Position numbers and translations under genes: made by a program. Source: the human T2T-CHM13v2.0 reference genome, Homo sapiens. Taken from it: 64,000 bases of DNA. The notes beneath the pieces are model-generated. The model worked only from the letters and a program-made list of their open reading frames with translations, was not told where the DNA came from and searched no databases. The DNA lies in NCBI RefSeq assembly GCF_009914755.1, contig NC_060938.1; one strand, given 5' to 3'. This document shows positions 14,845-28,321 of this stretch, in pieces (position 1 is the first letter of the stretch; each line of letters opens with the position of its first letter).

Positions 14845-15364
14845 CCTACACACCAACACATCAGGAGTTGCAGCAGAGAAAGAGTTTAATAATTTTGTGG
14901 AAGCCAAAAGAGGAGATTATAGGAACACTTAAATCTATCTACACAAGGTGTACTGACCTAGGGTTTTTAAGGGAATGATGGCAAGCATAGGGCTGGAGAG
15001 TTGAGGTTAATGATTGGGCAGATCCAGGGTATGAAATAAGGATGTGGAAATTGCCTTCAACTCTTCAACCAAATAGTTTAGTTTCTACATCCCTATGATT
15101 GGTTGTTTCACCAGAATGCAGACTCTAAAAATTATCTTAAATGAAAAACATAATGTTTCTCAACATTAAAGATATGTATAGAAACAATTACAGGAAGTTT
15201 GTACCTTGAGCTATGTGATTTAGAAGCAGTAAAGAAATATAAGGAATTGGGCTAAAAGACAAGCTGATTAATGGTTAATGTTGAGCTGTAAATCTGTCCT
15301 AAGCTTACGCTTTTGTTAAAAACACCTGGCAACTAATTTTATTAATTTTATTAGTACAATTTCA
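14845..15364 (-). mobile_element. ERV1-class LTR (LTR8/MER4-group-like)
   Basis: gttgcagcagagaaagagtttaat..ctagggtttttaagg motif; ends caatttca (reverse complement TGAAA, a typical LTR start). Confidence 0.55.
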
Positions 15365-15880
15365 GAAGGTCACTCTTGAATATTCAGTTGAGTCTTCAAT
15401 ATGCTTGTAAAGAAACTACTTGAATCAAGAAAAGAGCCAAAGTGGGAATAAAATTACAGGTCCTGGAGCTTAGATAAGGACCTGGAAAATGTTTGTTAGC
15501 AAAAGCCAGATGAGAAAATCTCATAGTCTATGGTAAGTCAGTTAGAATAACAAGATTCTCGCCTCAATTGTGGAAAAAATTAACCTAGTATAAATCACAC
15601 TCTGTTCCCACCAAAAAAGAAAAGCTTAAAATAACTGAACACATCAACTGTGTCTAAGTAATCTAATTATGTCCCAGAACAGAGTTTTACAGAATATTTT
15701 AAAGGCAAAAGGATCCTGTACTTTACAAGGTCTCATATTCAATAAACTCACAATGTCTGATATTTAATGAAAAATTTTCAGACATACAAGAAAGCAGGGA
15801 AATACAACACATAATGAGGAGAAAAGTCAATCAATCAAAATGGAATCCAAAATGACTGGTTATATATTTAAGGGAGAGGA

Positions 15881-16242
<362 letters not shown>

Positions 16243-16261
16243 CTAAAAGTTTAACTAGAAT

Positions 16262-16458
16262 GAGGGTCAGGAAAGTTGTTTTAAAGCTGTATAGTAAATA
16301 TTTTAAGTTTGTTGGCCATAGTTTTGTTGAAATTATAATGTGAAAGCAGCCATAAATAATATGTTAATGAATAGATAAGGCTATATTTAAGTATAAATGT
16401 ATTCACAAAAGTAGTATTATTTTGGTCTTGGGTGCTGGCTGTAATTTACTGACTCTTG
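16262..16458. mobile_element. MER58A-like hAT-Charlie DNA transposon remnant
   Basis: atagtaaatattttaagtttgttggccata..gaaagcagccataaataatatg..gtaatttactgactcttg resembles MER58A. Confidence 0.7.
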
Positions 16459-16941
16459 AGCTAAAAGAAAAAATGAGCATTTCAGAAGAAATTGCAGAAG
16501 GAAAAGATCAGTAAATATATCAATAGAAACAATCCATACATAGAAACTGGCCAAATATAAAGACTAATACATATAGTAGCAGAAAATGTGCAAAATAAAA
16601 CACAGAAAAAATAATTAAATATTTTTATAAAGCATCCATGAATTTGCAGAAAACGTCAGGTAACCAAATATATGTGTAATTACAGTCCTCAAAGGAGATA
16701 AATGCAAGAGAATACCAAAAACATTTTTTTCTTTGAATATTTTACTCCACTCTCTTCTTGCTTGCATGGTTTCTGAAGAGATTTCTCATGTAATAATAAT
16801 TTTTATTTCTCTGTAAAGCAGAATTGTATGTATGTTTGCTTGTTTTCTCCCCGCTGGCATCTGTCAAGATTTTTTGCTTGTCTTTGAAATGTTTTTATTC
16901 ACTTATTTTTTAAGGTTGAATACGATATGCCTAAATGTAGA

Positions 16942-16943
<2 letters not shown>

Positions 16944-16980
<37 letters not shown>
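16944..16980. repeat. (TG)18 microsatellite
   Basis: Perfect dinucleotide run. Confidence 0.97.
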
Positions 16981-16982
<2 letters not shown>

Positions 16983-17823
16983 ATTCTGTTTTGCATTCTC
17001 TGAGTTTTCTGAATTTGTGCCTTGGTTTCTATTATTAATTTTGAAAATTTCGAAGTCACTATTGTTCAAATGTTTCTTCTGTTATCTTCTTTCTCCTCCT
17101 TCTGGTATTCCCATTACATATATTTACATATTTTCTAATTGCCACATTGTTCTCGGATATTCTGTTTCATCTTGTTCGTGTTCTTGGATATTCTGTTTCA
17201 TCTTTTTCCGGTTTTGTTTTTGTTTTCTCTGAGTTTCAGTGTTGGAAAATTTGTGTTGACATTTCTTTAAGCTCACTGATTCTTCACTTCACATTATCTA
17301 GCACATTGAGGAGCCCATTAAAGGCCTTCTTCATTTCTATTACTCTGCTTTTGCTTTCCTGCACGCCTTTTGACTCCTTTTTAGAGATTCCGTCTTTATG
17401 TTTAAATTACCCATATGTTCTTGCTTGTTGTCCACTTTATTCATCAGCTCTAAACATATTAATCATATGTATTTTATGTTTGAGGTCTAATAACTTCAAT
17501 ATTTCTGCCATATTCAAATCTGATTCTGATATTATTTCTGTATCTTCAAAGTGTGTATTTTGTCTTTTAGCATGTTCTGCCATTTTTTGAAAGCTGAATT
17601 TGAAATTTGAAAGACTGGGTAAAGTAATTAAAGTAAATCAGCCTTAATGTGAATTTTTACATTTATCTGGCTAGGAGTTAGGCTGTTTACTGATTGTTAT
17701 AGCTGCAAGTGTCAGAAGCTAAAATGTCCTCTAATGTCTTATTTTGTCCCCTCTTGTTGTCTTTGGATTTCCCTAAAGACTTCTTAAATAAAATCTGAGA
17801 TGTGTTATTTTAGTCATAATCCT

Positions 17824-17824
<1 letters not shown>

Positions 17825-17858
<34 letters not shown>

Positions 17859-18141
17859 AGACAGAGTCTCTTTCTGTCACCAGGCTGGAGTGCAGTGGCA
17901 CAATCTTAGCTCACTGCAACCTCTGCCTCCTGCATCAGGTTCAAGCAATCCTCCTGCCTCAGCCTCCTGAGTAGCTGGGACTACAGGTGTGCACCACCAC
18001 ACCCAGCTAATTTTTGTATTTTTAGTAGAGATGGGGTTTCACCACGTTGGCCAGGATAGTCTCGATCTCTTGACATCATGATCCACCCACCCCGGCCTCC
18101 CAAAGTGCTGGGATTACAGGCATGAGCCACCGTGCCCAGTG
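17825..18141 (-). mobile_element. Alu (AluSc-like) with T33 tail
   Basis: ccaggatagtctcgatctcttgac diagnostic; TSD cataatcc 17815 / 18142. Confidence 0.93.
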
Positions 18142-18628
18142 CATAATCCCAATTATTATACAGGTACCCTAATGATGTTGGGGTAAGGTTAAGGGATGGG
18201 GAAGCATTTCATAATTCTATCATTAGTCCTCAGTCTTCCAGGGAGCCTGTGTCCCTAGACTATGACCTTCACAAGTGTTTCTCAGTTTTGTACTCCATGC
18301 CTCCTTAAGTGAGACAAAAAGGAGAGGGTTGTAGTTGGGGTTTTTCCTTCCCCCAAGTCACATACTGATAAAGCCCAAGCCAATTTGCACTCATAAAATA
18401 GTTCCCGTTGAGGGCTGGCCATCTTAAGGAGAATAAAATATAACACTAAGGGCATATTCCAAAATGGCTACCTTTTCTCTCTGGTAATTGGAAGCAGGAG
18501 AGGATTTTTTCCTGATCTTCACTGTGGGAACACGTAGGGCTTCTGCAGGTAGAACTCACAACTGCAAGGGAATTCTCCAATACTGCAGAGTCTGGGAATT
18601 TTCAATACTCAAACTTGTCTACACTGAG

Positions 18629-19032
18629 TGTGTAGTCTGGATGCTTGTCTTCTCTAAATCTTATGTTGAAATGTCATCCTCAGTGTTGGAGGTGGGGCCT
18701 GATGGAGGTGATTGAATCATGGGGGTGGATTTCTCATGAATGGTTTAGCACCATCCCCTTGGTGATAAGTGAATTCTTACTCAGAGTTTATGTGAGACCT
18801 GGCTGTTTCAATGTGTATGGCACCTCCCCACTTCTTGCTCCCACTCTCACCATGTGACAGACTGACTCCCCGTGCCTTCTGCCATGATTGGACTTTCTGA
18901 GTTCTTCACCAGAAGTAGATGCTGGCACCGCACTTCTTGTACTGTCTGCAGAACCATAAGCCAACCTCTTTTCTTTATAAATTACCCAATCTCAGGTATT
19001 TCTTTATAGCAAAACAAAAAGAGCCTAACACA
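18629..19032 (+). mobile_element. Solo MaLR LTR, MSTB-like
   Basis: gatttctcatgaatggtttagcaccatccccttggtg; cagaagtagatgctgg; 5-bp TSD-like ctgag/ctgac. Confidence 0.88.
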
Positions 19033-19250
19033 CTGACCCTCAGCAATACTTTAAGTTTTCCTCCTCTGTTATAATTCCAGTGAAGGTTTCTTTTTCCAAG
19101 CTCCGTGATTCTCCCTATCTGCCTGTTTGTGTCTCCATTTTTGGAGGCAGCTGTTTTCCCTGTGAGCTCCATACTCATGACTCTAAGAAGAGTCAACGTT
19201 TTCAATTCAGTTAGCTATTCTCTTCTAGTGAAGACTGGAGTGACAATTTC

Positions 19251-19614
19251 TATCTCAGTCAATTTGTATCACTATTAAAAGAAATCATAGACTAGGTAGC
19301 TTAAGAACAACAAACACTTATTTCTCTCAGTTCTAGAGGCTAAAAAATTCAAGATCAAAGTGTCAACAGATCTAGGGTCTGGTGAAGACCTGCTTCCTTG
19401 CTTGTATACAGCAGCCTTCTGCCTATATCTTTAAGTAACCAAGGCAGAGTTCATCTCTCATCTGTCTCTTATAAAAGCACTAACTCCATTCAGGAGAGCT
19501 CCACTCACATGTCTTAATTATTTTCCAAAGGCCCCACTTTCAAATGCCATCACATTGGAGATTAGGCTGATATATATGAATTTGAAGGGTGACAAAACCA
19601 TTCATTCTATAACA
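19251..19614 (-). mobile_element. Solo MaLR LTR, MLT1A-like
   Basis: ttatttctctcagttctagaggc..caagatcaaagtgtcaacagat..ccaaaggccccactttcaaatgccatcacattgg..ataaca. Confidence 0.8.
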
Positions 19615-19772
19615 ACTCCCAAGATCCTTACATGCCAGTATGGACAAACATATAGAAAAAAAAAAGCAATGGCCAAATATTTGCAAATTTGGTGAAAAAT
19701 ACAAACAAATATCCAAGACACTTAACAAAACTCATGCAAAATACACAGGAAGAAAATTGCATCAAAATACTT

Positions 19773-20173
19773 TGTATTAATTTGTGAGAACTGTCATAAC
19801 AAAATACCACAGACTGGGTGGCTATAAAAAAATTTGTCTTCTCACAGTTCTGAACACTAGAAACCCAACAATGAAGTTTCAGCAGGATTGGTTCCTTTTC
19901 TGAGGGCTGTGATGAGACTCTGATCCAGGCTTGCAGATGGGCATTTTCTCCCTGTGTCTTCACATTGTCTTTTCCCTGTACGTGGGGTCTTGGTCTCAGT
20001 TTTCTCTTCTTATAGGAACACTAGTCATATTGGATTACACCCATCCTGATGACCTCATTTGAATTTAATTACCTGCTTAAAGATATTGTCTCCAAATAAG
20101 GTCACCTTCTAGGGTACTGAGAGTTAGAAGTCAACATTTAAGCTTGTGATGGAGGAAAATTTATTCCTTAACA
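19773..20173 (-). mobile_element. Solo MaLR LTR, MLT1B-like
   Basis: tgtattaattt..ataacaaaataccacagactgggtggc..ctccaaataaggtcaccttct..taaca. Confidence 0.82.
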
Positions 20174-21259
20174 CACCTAATCTTTTTTTTTTTTTTTTGA
20201 AAAAAAGAAATAAAATAATTTAAAATTAGCTAGAGATAAGAAAAAGGCATATTGTATTATAAAAAGGAAAGGCAAAAATAACAGATTTGTCACATAGTCT
20301 AACATATGAGAAATATGAAGAGGCCCAAAAACCTGGCAAGCTTTCTCTTCAGGACACTTATTGTTTTCTTGGGCTACATTAGAGGCAGGAGAGCTATAAT
20401 ACAGACTTTAAAGAGCCAAAAAATCCCATCTCGCTCGATATTTAGGAGTTAAATGACTACTATACAAAAGAGGCCTTCTTCAATCTTTCAATCACTCTCT
20501 CTATTAAGATATTTGAAAGGCTTGAAATCTATGCAGCCAAAGGGACAGTATGGAAAGAAGGCAAAAATGTATACTCAAAACCCATGCAGGGCAAAACAGA
20601 ATCCTCATAATCTTCAATATCTCAATCTAAACTCCATATTATTTCAGCACCACATTCTGCAGACTCTCAAGGACAGAGAAGACATATGAAGCATATTTCT
20701 TCTTAATGCCGTACAAGAGGCTAAATATTTTTTGGGTTTTATTATTTTGCTTCTCAGCTCTGATAAGAAAATATAGTATTTTTTTTTTAAAGTTTTCAAT
20801 ACACATAAGTCTTCCAAAGGCCAAAAGAAGAATTAAGTTGCCTTCTGTGTACCTAGAAAAGTCATCCAGATCTTCTGGCTTCACTTGTATAGCAGCTTTC
20901 TGTTAGAAGAATTTGTGCCCAAACTTCTTGATTGGAATAATGAATCTAAGACTCTAGGGAGCTAAATGCAGAACAGATTTATTTCTCAAAACAGGATACA
21001 AATTTCTTAATAAGCACAGAAAACTAGAAACTGTGTTTCTGTTTTTGAACACTTACAATTTTGATTAGGAAGATTTTAATACCTACATCTTTGCAAACAC
21101 TGAGATACCATAAAATAACAACTCTCTTAAAATTAGTCACAAATTTGATGAAAAGAAAGTCATAGTGAGTATTTATTAAAGGGAGTAGTAGATAATTATA
21201 TTGAAGGAAGTCGAAAATATGAAATCTATAAAATTTGTATTAGACCTCTGAGAAAATTT

Positions 21260-21900
21260 TAAATAAAACATAAAAATACTTGTCAATATTGACCAGAAAA
21301 GCTGCCTATATACTGAGTAATGGAACTGCTGGATTCCCAATTAGAATAAAAACAGAAAAAAATATTTGGTAATATTGAGAAAAATAGAAAATTATGTGAA
21401 AGACTTGGAAGATGGATCTGATCTATAATGCAAATAATAGGAATTCTCAAAGAAAAACAAAACATGATGAAAATAACTATCTGCAAACAATAGAATATTT
21501 ATCTGAGATGAAGAATGGCTTGATTTGCAGATTTTATAGCTTTCTAGAATCCTATAGTAAGTTATTAAACACCCACACATCAATATCTTAGTAAAAATTA
21601 TAAATTTAAGCATTAAGAAATACTTTAAGAATGTAAAATATTCTAGACAAAAGAAAAATGATAGATTTAGAAGAAAGAAAATCCTGTTGAAATTGAATTT
21701 CTTATTTTCATCAATGTGAACAAATAAATTATGATATAATAGGTTAGGGGAGTAGAATTCTGAAAGCAATAGCCAATCTTGAAATAATTTCTCTGTCAAG
21801 TCAAAAAAAAATGAAGGCATGTAAAAATACCAACAGTACTCCCCTCCTGTATTTGAAAGAACTATATATTCTAACATATTCTAAACAAAAGATTGAGATA
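21260..21900 (+). mobile_element. Highly degraded L1ME/HAL1-like ORF1 remnant
   Basis: A-rich, with ataataggaattctcaaaga and atatcttagtaaaaatt resembling old L1 ORF1. Confidence 0.35.
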
Positions 21901-22999
21901 AAGGAAAATTATAAAAAAAAAAGTGGAAATACATTGCACATTTTTATTGTTTCAAATAATTTAAATATGATTAGATATGTGTAATGAGTCTCAAATATTT
22001 TCTAACACCAAATATTTAAATCAATTACACAAAACATATTGGTGGAAGGAGGAGAGAGTGGCCGGGAGGTGAATAGGTTGGAGAGTAAGAAAGTAAAATA
22101 CATTAAACTGCCTTGTTGAGGAAGCATCCAACTGGAAAGGAAGATTTGTTTTTGAAATGTTCCTATCATAGTTGAAAAGCATATGCTGTATTATATTATA
22201 AAGTATATTTGGAAAATACATTTTACCAAAAATGTTAATAAGGGTATGTAGTAACACAAAAGGTCAGATTGTCGAATCTGATTCCCAGAGACCCTGGTTC
22301 AAAATTGGAATTCATTTCAAATTGGATTCGACATGCAAGGTTCATTCAAACCAATTCATGTGGAGCCATCACTTATAAAGGGTACCATTTGAGTATGGAG
22401 CATATTTATTTTATATTCCATTGCTTATAAAGCTTACATTATTTTCATTCATTTTCCATCCAACCATCATAAACCCCTATACATTTATGAATCGAAGTTT
22501 TGTTTTGCTTTGTTGTGTTTACAATAAGTGGCCTAGAGAGAACAGGTATCTCGTGCTCACAATTCATAGGCAAGATACATGCATGAGTATTTTTCTAGTA
22601 AGCATTCTAAGTATTTTTAGAAAAGGTCTGGTTATTAATATGTTTAAAAGGGATTTGACTGAGTCACTTTTTACTCCTCAGCTGTCCCTGTTCAAAAGAA
22701 AGATTACAAGCCCATTCCAGTTCTTTTCTTGCCATCATAAAATTTTAAACTAACAATGGGAACAAAAGGAATACATTGAAACTTAAAAAGAAAAAGGAAA
22801 TAAATACATAATGGTAAATCAATTAAATAAATATTTATGTTATTGCATTAATCATTAATGAAATTAATTATGAAAATATTAACAAATAGCTATGTATAGG
22901 TCAAGCAGAAAATGTTAGTAATCAAGATTATGCAAATAAAAAATTAACAAACTGAATACATATTTATACAAAATTTAAAAAGTGCATTGTTGTGTTTCC

Positions 23000-23387
23000 T
23001 GTATTAGTCCGTTCTCACACTGCTACACTGCTATAAAGAACTGCCAAAGACTGGGTAATTTGCAAAGAAAAGAGGTTTAATTAACTGACAGTTCCACATG
23101 GCTGGGGAAGCCTCGGGAAACTTACCATCATAGCAGAAGGGGAAGCAGGCACTTCTTACATGGCGGCAGGTGTGAGACAGAGAGAGAGAGTGCAAAAAGG
23201 AGGAAGAATCCCTTATAAAACCATCAGATCTCGTGAGAACTCACTCACTATCATGATAACAGCATGGGGGAATTCGCCCCCATGATCCAGTCACCTCTCT
23301 CCAGGTCCCTCCCCCAACATGTGGGGATTACAATTCAGATTAAAATTTGAGATAAGATTTGGCTGGGGACACAGCCAAACCATATCA
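23000..23387 (-). mobile_element. Solo MaLR LTR, THE1D-like
   Basis: tgtattagtccgttctcacactgcta..ccatcagatctcgtgagaactcactcactatc..acacagccaaaccatatca. Confidence 0.92.
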
Positions 23388-23628
23388 TGTACATAAAAAC
23401 CTTTAATTAATTTGACAATACAGACACAAAGAAGTTTCAATAAACTTTAAAGAATAATATCAGTAAAACGCATGCTATTTTTGAAAACAATATTTTAACC
23501 AAATTAGAAATTATATATGTATATATATATAATACACGTTTATTTTTTTTTAATTTTTAAATGAAGCTCAATATTATTTAGGCATAGAAAGGGAATCACA
23601 CTAGAAATTTTTATAAATTTAAAACTGA

Positions 23629-23919
23629 GGCCAGGCATGGTGGCTCACACCTGCATCCCAGCACTTTGGGAGACCGAGGAAGGCAGATCAAGAGGTCAAG
23701 AGTTTGAGACCAGTCTGACCAACATGGTGAAACCCCGTCTCTACTAAGAATACAAAAATTTGCTGGGTGTGGTGGCGCACAACTGTAATCCCAGCTACTT
23801 GGAAGGCTGAGACAAGAGAATGGCTTGAACCCAGGAGGGGGACGTTGCAGTGAACTGAGATCGCGCCACTGCACTCCAGTCTCGGCGGAAGAGTGAGACT
23901 CCGTCTCAAAAAAAAAAAA
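23629..23919 (+). mobile_element. Alu (AluSg/Sx-like)
   Basis: Complete dimer; TSD aaat(t)taaaactga on both sides. Confidence 0.93.
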
Positions 23920-25064
23920 TTAAAACTGAATGGTATTAATACTATGTGTCAAAGCAGGTGGAATAAAGCTAGAGTAGTAATTAGAGATATTACTGATAAT
24001 TTAAATTTATTTTTATAAATTCTATATTAAAATAAAGGTATAGTATATTCTACAGAGGAAGTCAATAAAAGTACAACAAGATAAATCTGAATTAACTAGC
24101 TGAGGTGTAAAAAAGATATAAAAATTAGGACAGAAATCATGAAATTGAAAAAATACGAGAGTTTGAGAGAGAGTTAAAAAAAAACCCTCTTTAAAAAATG
24201 CAAGAAACTTATTTCCAGTAATATTTTTAAATAAAAAATGTAAAAGAAAAATAATATTAGGAAGAACAAAGGGAACATCCTTTTGTTTCTTAACAATTTT
24301 TTGCTAATGAATAACTTGAGCTTTTTTTCTTTTAGATTGTTATTTTGCTAATAGTCATAGATTTTAGATATAATAACCAATTTATAAATATTCAAGGATA
24401 GTATATTTCATAAACATAACTGTAGGTTTATAATAACATATTTGTTCTGTGATATGTTTCTTCTCCTACCCACTAATACAAAATGAATGAAAAGAATACA
24501 AAGCATAGTACTTTTAAATCAATGTTATCATTTAAGTGTAAAAACATAAGTTGTGAGGTCAAGTTATTGTAACATTCTCTTTGTACATTTTAATGAAAAT
24601 TTAAATTGGTGAAGAGTTTGCTGATGTGTTTAAGTGTCTAAGAAGATGAAGATAAGAAAGAGAAAACTGGTAAATAAAATAATACAACCCTCAATATATC
24701 CAAATGATTTGTGAATTTTTAGTATACTAAAAACCACAAAGTTAGCAGTTTATTTCTTTGTAATTATTTTTGTTTCTTCTCTTCTGCATCACATGAAAAT
24801 TTTCAGTATATCTGAAAATATTACAGATTCTGTGGGCTCTCAATTGGAGGCCTTCACATAAATTTGACACTTTGACACAGTGCCATTTATCGTTAAACAT
24901 TGTGTCATTTTTCAGTCAGTCTTTGTGACTGTGTTCATGTCTCAACCAATTTGAATAAATTTTTCATAATGTCACTTCTAAGATTATAGTCAACATTTTA
25001 ATAATTCTAAGATATGTCAGTTGTATGTATTTAGCCATTCTGTCAAAACCATTTATTTTCCTTC

Positions 25065-25935
25065 TTTCATCTTCAATTTTAATTTTAAGTTCAGAAGCAC
25101 ATGTGCAGAATATGCAGGTTTGTTACATAGGTAAATATGTGTCATAGTGGTTTGTTGCACATATTATCCCATCACCTAGGTATTAAGCCCAGCATCCATT
25201 AGGTATTCTTCCTGATTCTTCCCCTCCCCCTCCCCCTACCCCATGGGGCCCAGTATGAGTTGTTCCCCACCATGTGTCCACGTGTTCTCATCATTCCGCC
25301 CCGACTTATAAGCGATACCATGTGGTGTTTGGTTTCTATTTTATGTCTGCATAGTATTCCATGGTGTATATGTACTACATTTTCTATATCCAGTCTATCA
25401 TTGATGGACATTTGAGTTGATTCTATGTCTTTGCTATTGTGACTAGTGTGGCAGTGAACATACATGTGCATGTATCTTCAAATAGAATGATTTATATTCC
25501 TTTAGGTATATACCCAGTAAGGAGATTGCTGGGTCATATGATATATCTGCCTCTAGATCTCTGAGAAATTGCCACATTGTCTTACAAAGCAGTTGAACTA
25601 ATTTACACTCCAACCAAAAGTGTGAAATTGTGCTTTTTCTCCACAACCTAGCCAGCGTCTATTGTTTTTTGACTTTTTAATAATCATCATTCTGCCTGGC
25701 ATGATATTGTATCTCATCGTGGTTTTGATTTGCATTTCTCTAATTATCAGTGATGCTGAGATTTTTTTTCATATGTTTGTTAGCCAAATGCATGTCTTCT
25801 TTTGAGAAGTGTCTGTTCATGTTCTTTGCCCACTTTATAATGGAGTTAGTTGTTTTCTTTTTCTTGTAACTTTATTTAAGTTTCTTGTAGACTCTGGATA
25901 TTAGACCTTTGTCAGATGTATAGATTGAAAAATCC
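25065..25935 (-). mobile_element. 5'-truncated L1 (L1PA11-13-like) with a small internal deletion near 25338
   Basis: cccatcacctaggtattaagcccagcatccattagg 3'UTR; ORF2 C-terminal peptide FWLECKLVQLLCKTMW (25443-25646). Confidence 0.9.
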
Positions 25936-26479
25936 TTTAAAAAACCAAATATACTCTTTGTCTGGATTACATAATAATACATGTTTAACTTTCTTTCTCC
26001 TCTACTTTTATTTTTTATCTGATTTTCTAAATACTAAATATAGCAATATTTTGAAATCAAAGATCTTACATCGCTCCATATTGTTAAAGAAATTTAGATA
26101 TCACTTTAAAATAGTGGGTGAATATGTTAATCTATTTGATGCCAAGAGAAATCATAAGTACTGTTTGATACTTATGTTATTGAGTTTACCTTCTCTTTTT
26201 ATTAGCAATGGATATTAGCATGTCTTAATTATTTTACATTGATAAAAATGCACATTGGATCTTACCAAAACATTCATGAGAAGTTTCACTGTCAATAAGT
26301 ATTCACAACTCTTCCTTTTCCTAATCTACATACTTTTACAGCCTTTGCAGGGCATTTATTATTAATAAACTTACTTGCTAAGGTGTGGAAGAATAAATTT
26401 TTCCATGAGACTGACTTACTGGATTCAGGCACTCCTGTTTCTTATTTAAACATACTGAGTCTTTTCAATAGTGTGGCAA

Positions 26480-26969
26480 TAAAAAAGAAAATAGATCATT
26501 ATACCAAAAAGATATATGCACTCATATGTTCATTGTGGTGCCATTCACAATACCAAGGATATGACATCAACCTAAGTGCTTATAGTGCTTATCAATGGTG
26601 GGTCAGACAAAGGTAACATGGCCCATATACACCATGCAATACTACCCAGCCATAAAAAGAATGATATATTCTTTGCCACAACATAGATGGAGCTGGAGGC
26701 CAAGTCCTAAGCAAATTAACTTAGAGACAGAAAACTAAATATTGTATGCTCTCACTTTTAAGTGGGAACTAAACATTGAGCACATATGAACATAAACATA
26801 GGAACAATAAGTACTGCAGCCTACTAGAGTAGGGAAGGACAGAGTGGGGTGTGTGTTGAAAAGCTATCTATCTGGTGAGCTATGCTCACCACCAGGGTGC
26901 AATATACTCATGTAACAAACCTGGCCATGTATACTTTATATCTAATATAAAAGTTGAAATTTAAAAAAA
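26480..26969 (+). mobile_element. L1 3' end (L1PA16/17 or L1PB-like)
   Basis: cattataccaaaaagatatatgcactcatatgttcattg..catgtaacaaacctgg..aaagttgaaattt plus A tail. Confidence 0.85.
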
Positions 26970-28321
26970 TACTGAATCAGTTTATGAAACACAAAGACTC
27001 ATATGACCCACATGTAGTGGGCTACCTCATACTCTCTTATAATCCCATTAGCTGCAATGTGAATTTTCTATATGTTTTCTTTCAATCTGTATTTGTTAAT
27101 TTCACTTTGATAGTTATTTCCTCAAATACTAGAAAAATCATGTTATTAAATACTAGATGAATTATGATTTGGAAAACAAAGCGTGTTTCCAATAAATCAT
27201 AAATCATTATGGAAATATTTAGAAAAGCTTCAAAAAGTCTATCAAATCAGCATTACTTGTCATGTATTCAATAGAAAAATAAACTAAAAATATAAGAATT
27301 CAATACTGAAAACATTTTGTAGGCATACTGAATCTCTTGGTCATTTCTAAAGAAATAGAAAAAATTCAAATAGTAGAACATTCATTGTACATGTGTTTTC
27401 TGCGAGTATTTTTCCAGAGAACTATTATTTTGTGATCTATATTTAAAGGCCTTTTTTGCTTATAACAATCTTGGTGAAAAAAGTCCATTTGTATATTTTT
27501 AAATCAAAATAATAAAGTTTTATATGAACCTTTAAAACATATTTTATTATCAGTTGCAATGTCATCAGACACCAACAATATTTATAAAATTGCAAGGAAA
27601 TCTAGTTTGTTAGGGTCTTTCCATTATTTATTTTGTTCATTATATAAGAAATTTTGTGCTTCAGTTTTATTTTAGATTCATAGGTAATATACCAGGTATC
27701 TATCTGTTTTTATCTTGTAAAAACACATGGCTTCTCATTTTAGGTTAGGAAATCTATTGAACAAATTTTGTACCATTCTTCCTAAGCTATATTATTGCTG
27801 AATGGATTTTTAAGCAACACGAATTAAGGAACTCATTTATGCAAATTTTTCTCAGCCTATCTTAAATAGATCAACCAAGCAGACTACTCATTACAAGACC
27901 ATTAGTTAAAGAGAAGCTAGTTCATATGGGTGTTATAGACCAATACGTAAAAAAATATGCAAATGATAAGCAAACAAACAAGCAAAAGCATTGTAAATAG
28001 CAGGCATGAAATTAAGCAACTCCCCATTCTTCTAGCCAAGGCTCTAGTGCAAGAAATCTTCAACATCTGTATATACAGTCCCTAGATGAAAGTGGCTGCT
28101 ATTTTATTTAGGACAAAGAAACATGACTACTTCAAAGCTTTGATTTCCAAGTATTTTGCTTACTCTTCATGGTGGAAATCAATGTGATTTGAATTTGCTC
28201 TTAAAATGTCACTTGAGCAGGCTAGATGTATGCTGTAAAGGTCTTACTGTCTGAACTCATGCCACAACTTCATGTTCTTGTCCGTCAAGTACTGGTCTCC
28301 TTACACATCTCTCTAAGCTAG

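Larger units (their letters stand above)
16725..19645 (-). mobile_element. Ancient L1 (L1MC/L1MD-like) ORF1/5' region, interrupted by (TG)n, AluSc, MSTB and MLT1A
   Basis: ccactctcttcttgcttgcatggtttctgaagag; ctatgaccttcacaagtgtttctcag; antisense to the surrounding L1M. Confidence 0.65.

Noticed and set aside
21392-21877. 161-aa F/L-rich ORF
   Set aside because: Antisense of A-rich degraded L1-like DNA; non-ATG start and no recognisable domain.
25221-25242. G-quadruplex motif on the minus strand (also 4433-4456 on plus)
   Set aside because: Ordinary G-rich tract of L1 3'UTRs.
26461-26482. Possible short inverted L1 piece (aatagtgtggcaataaa) suggesting twin priming
   Set aside because: Too short and degenerate, and it overlaps sequence already present in the forward part.
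27150-27560. Possible Tigger-like DNA transposon remnant
   Set aside because: Similarity too faint to call without an HMM search.
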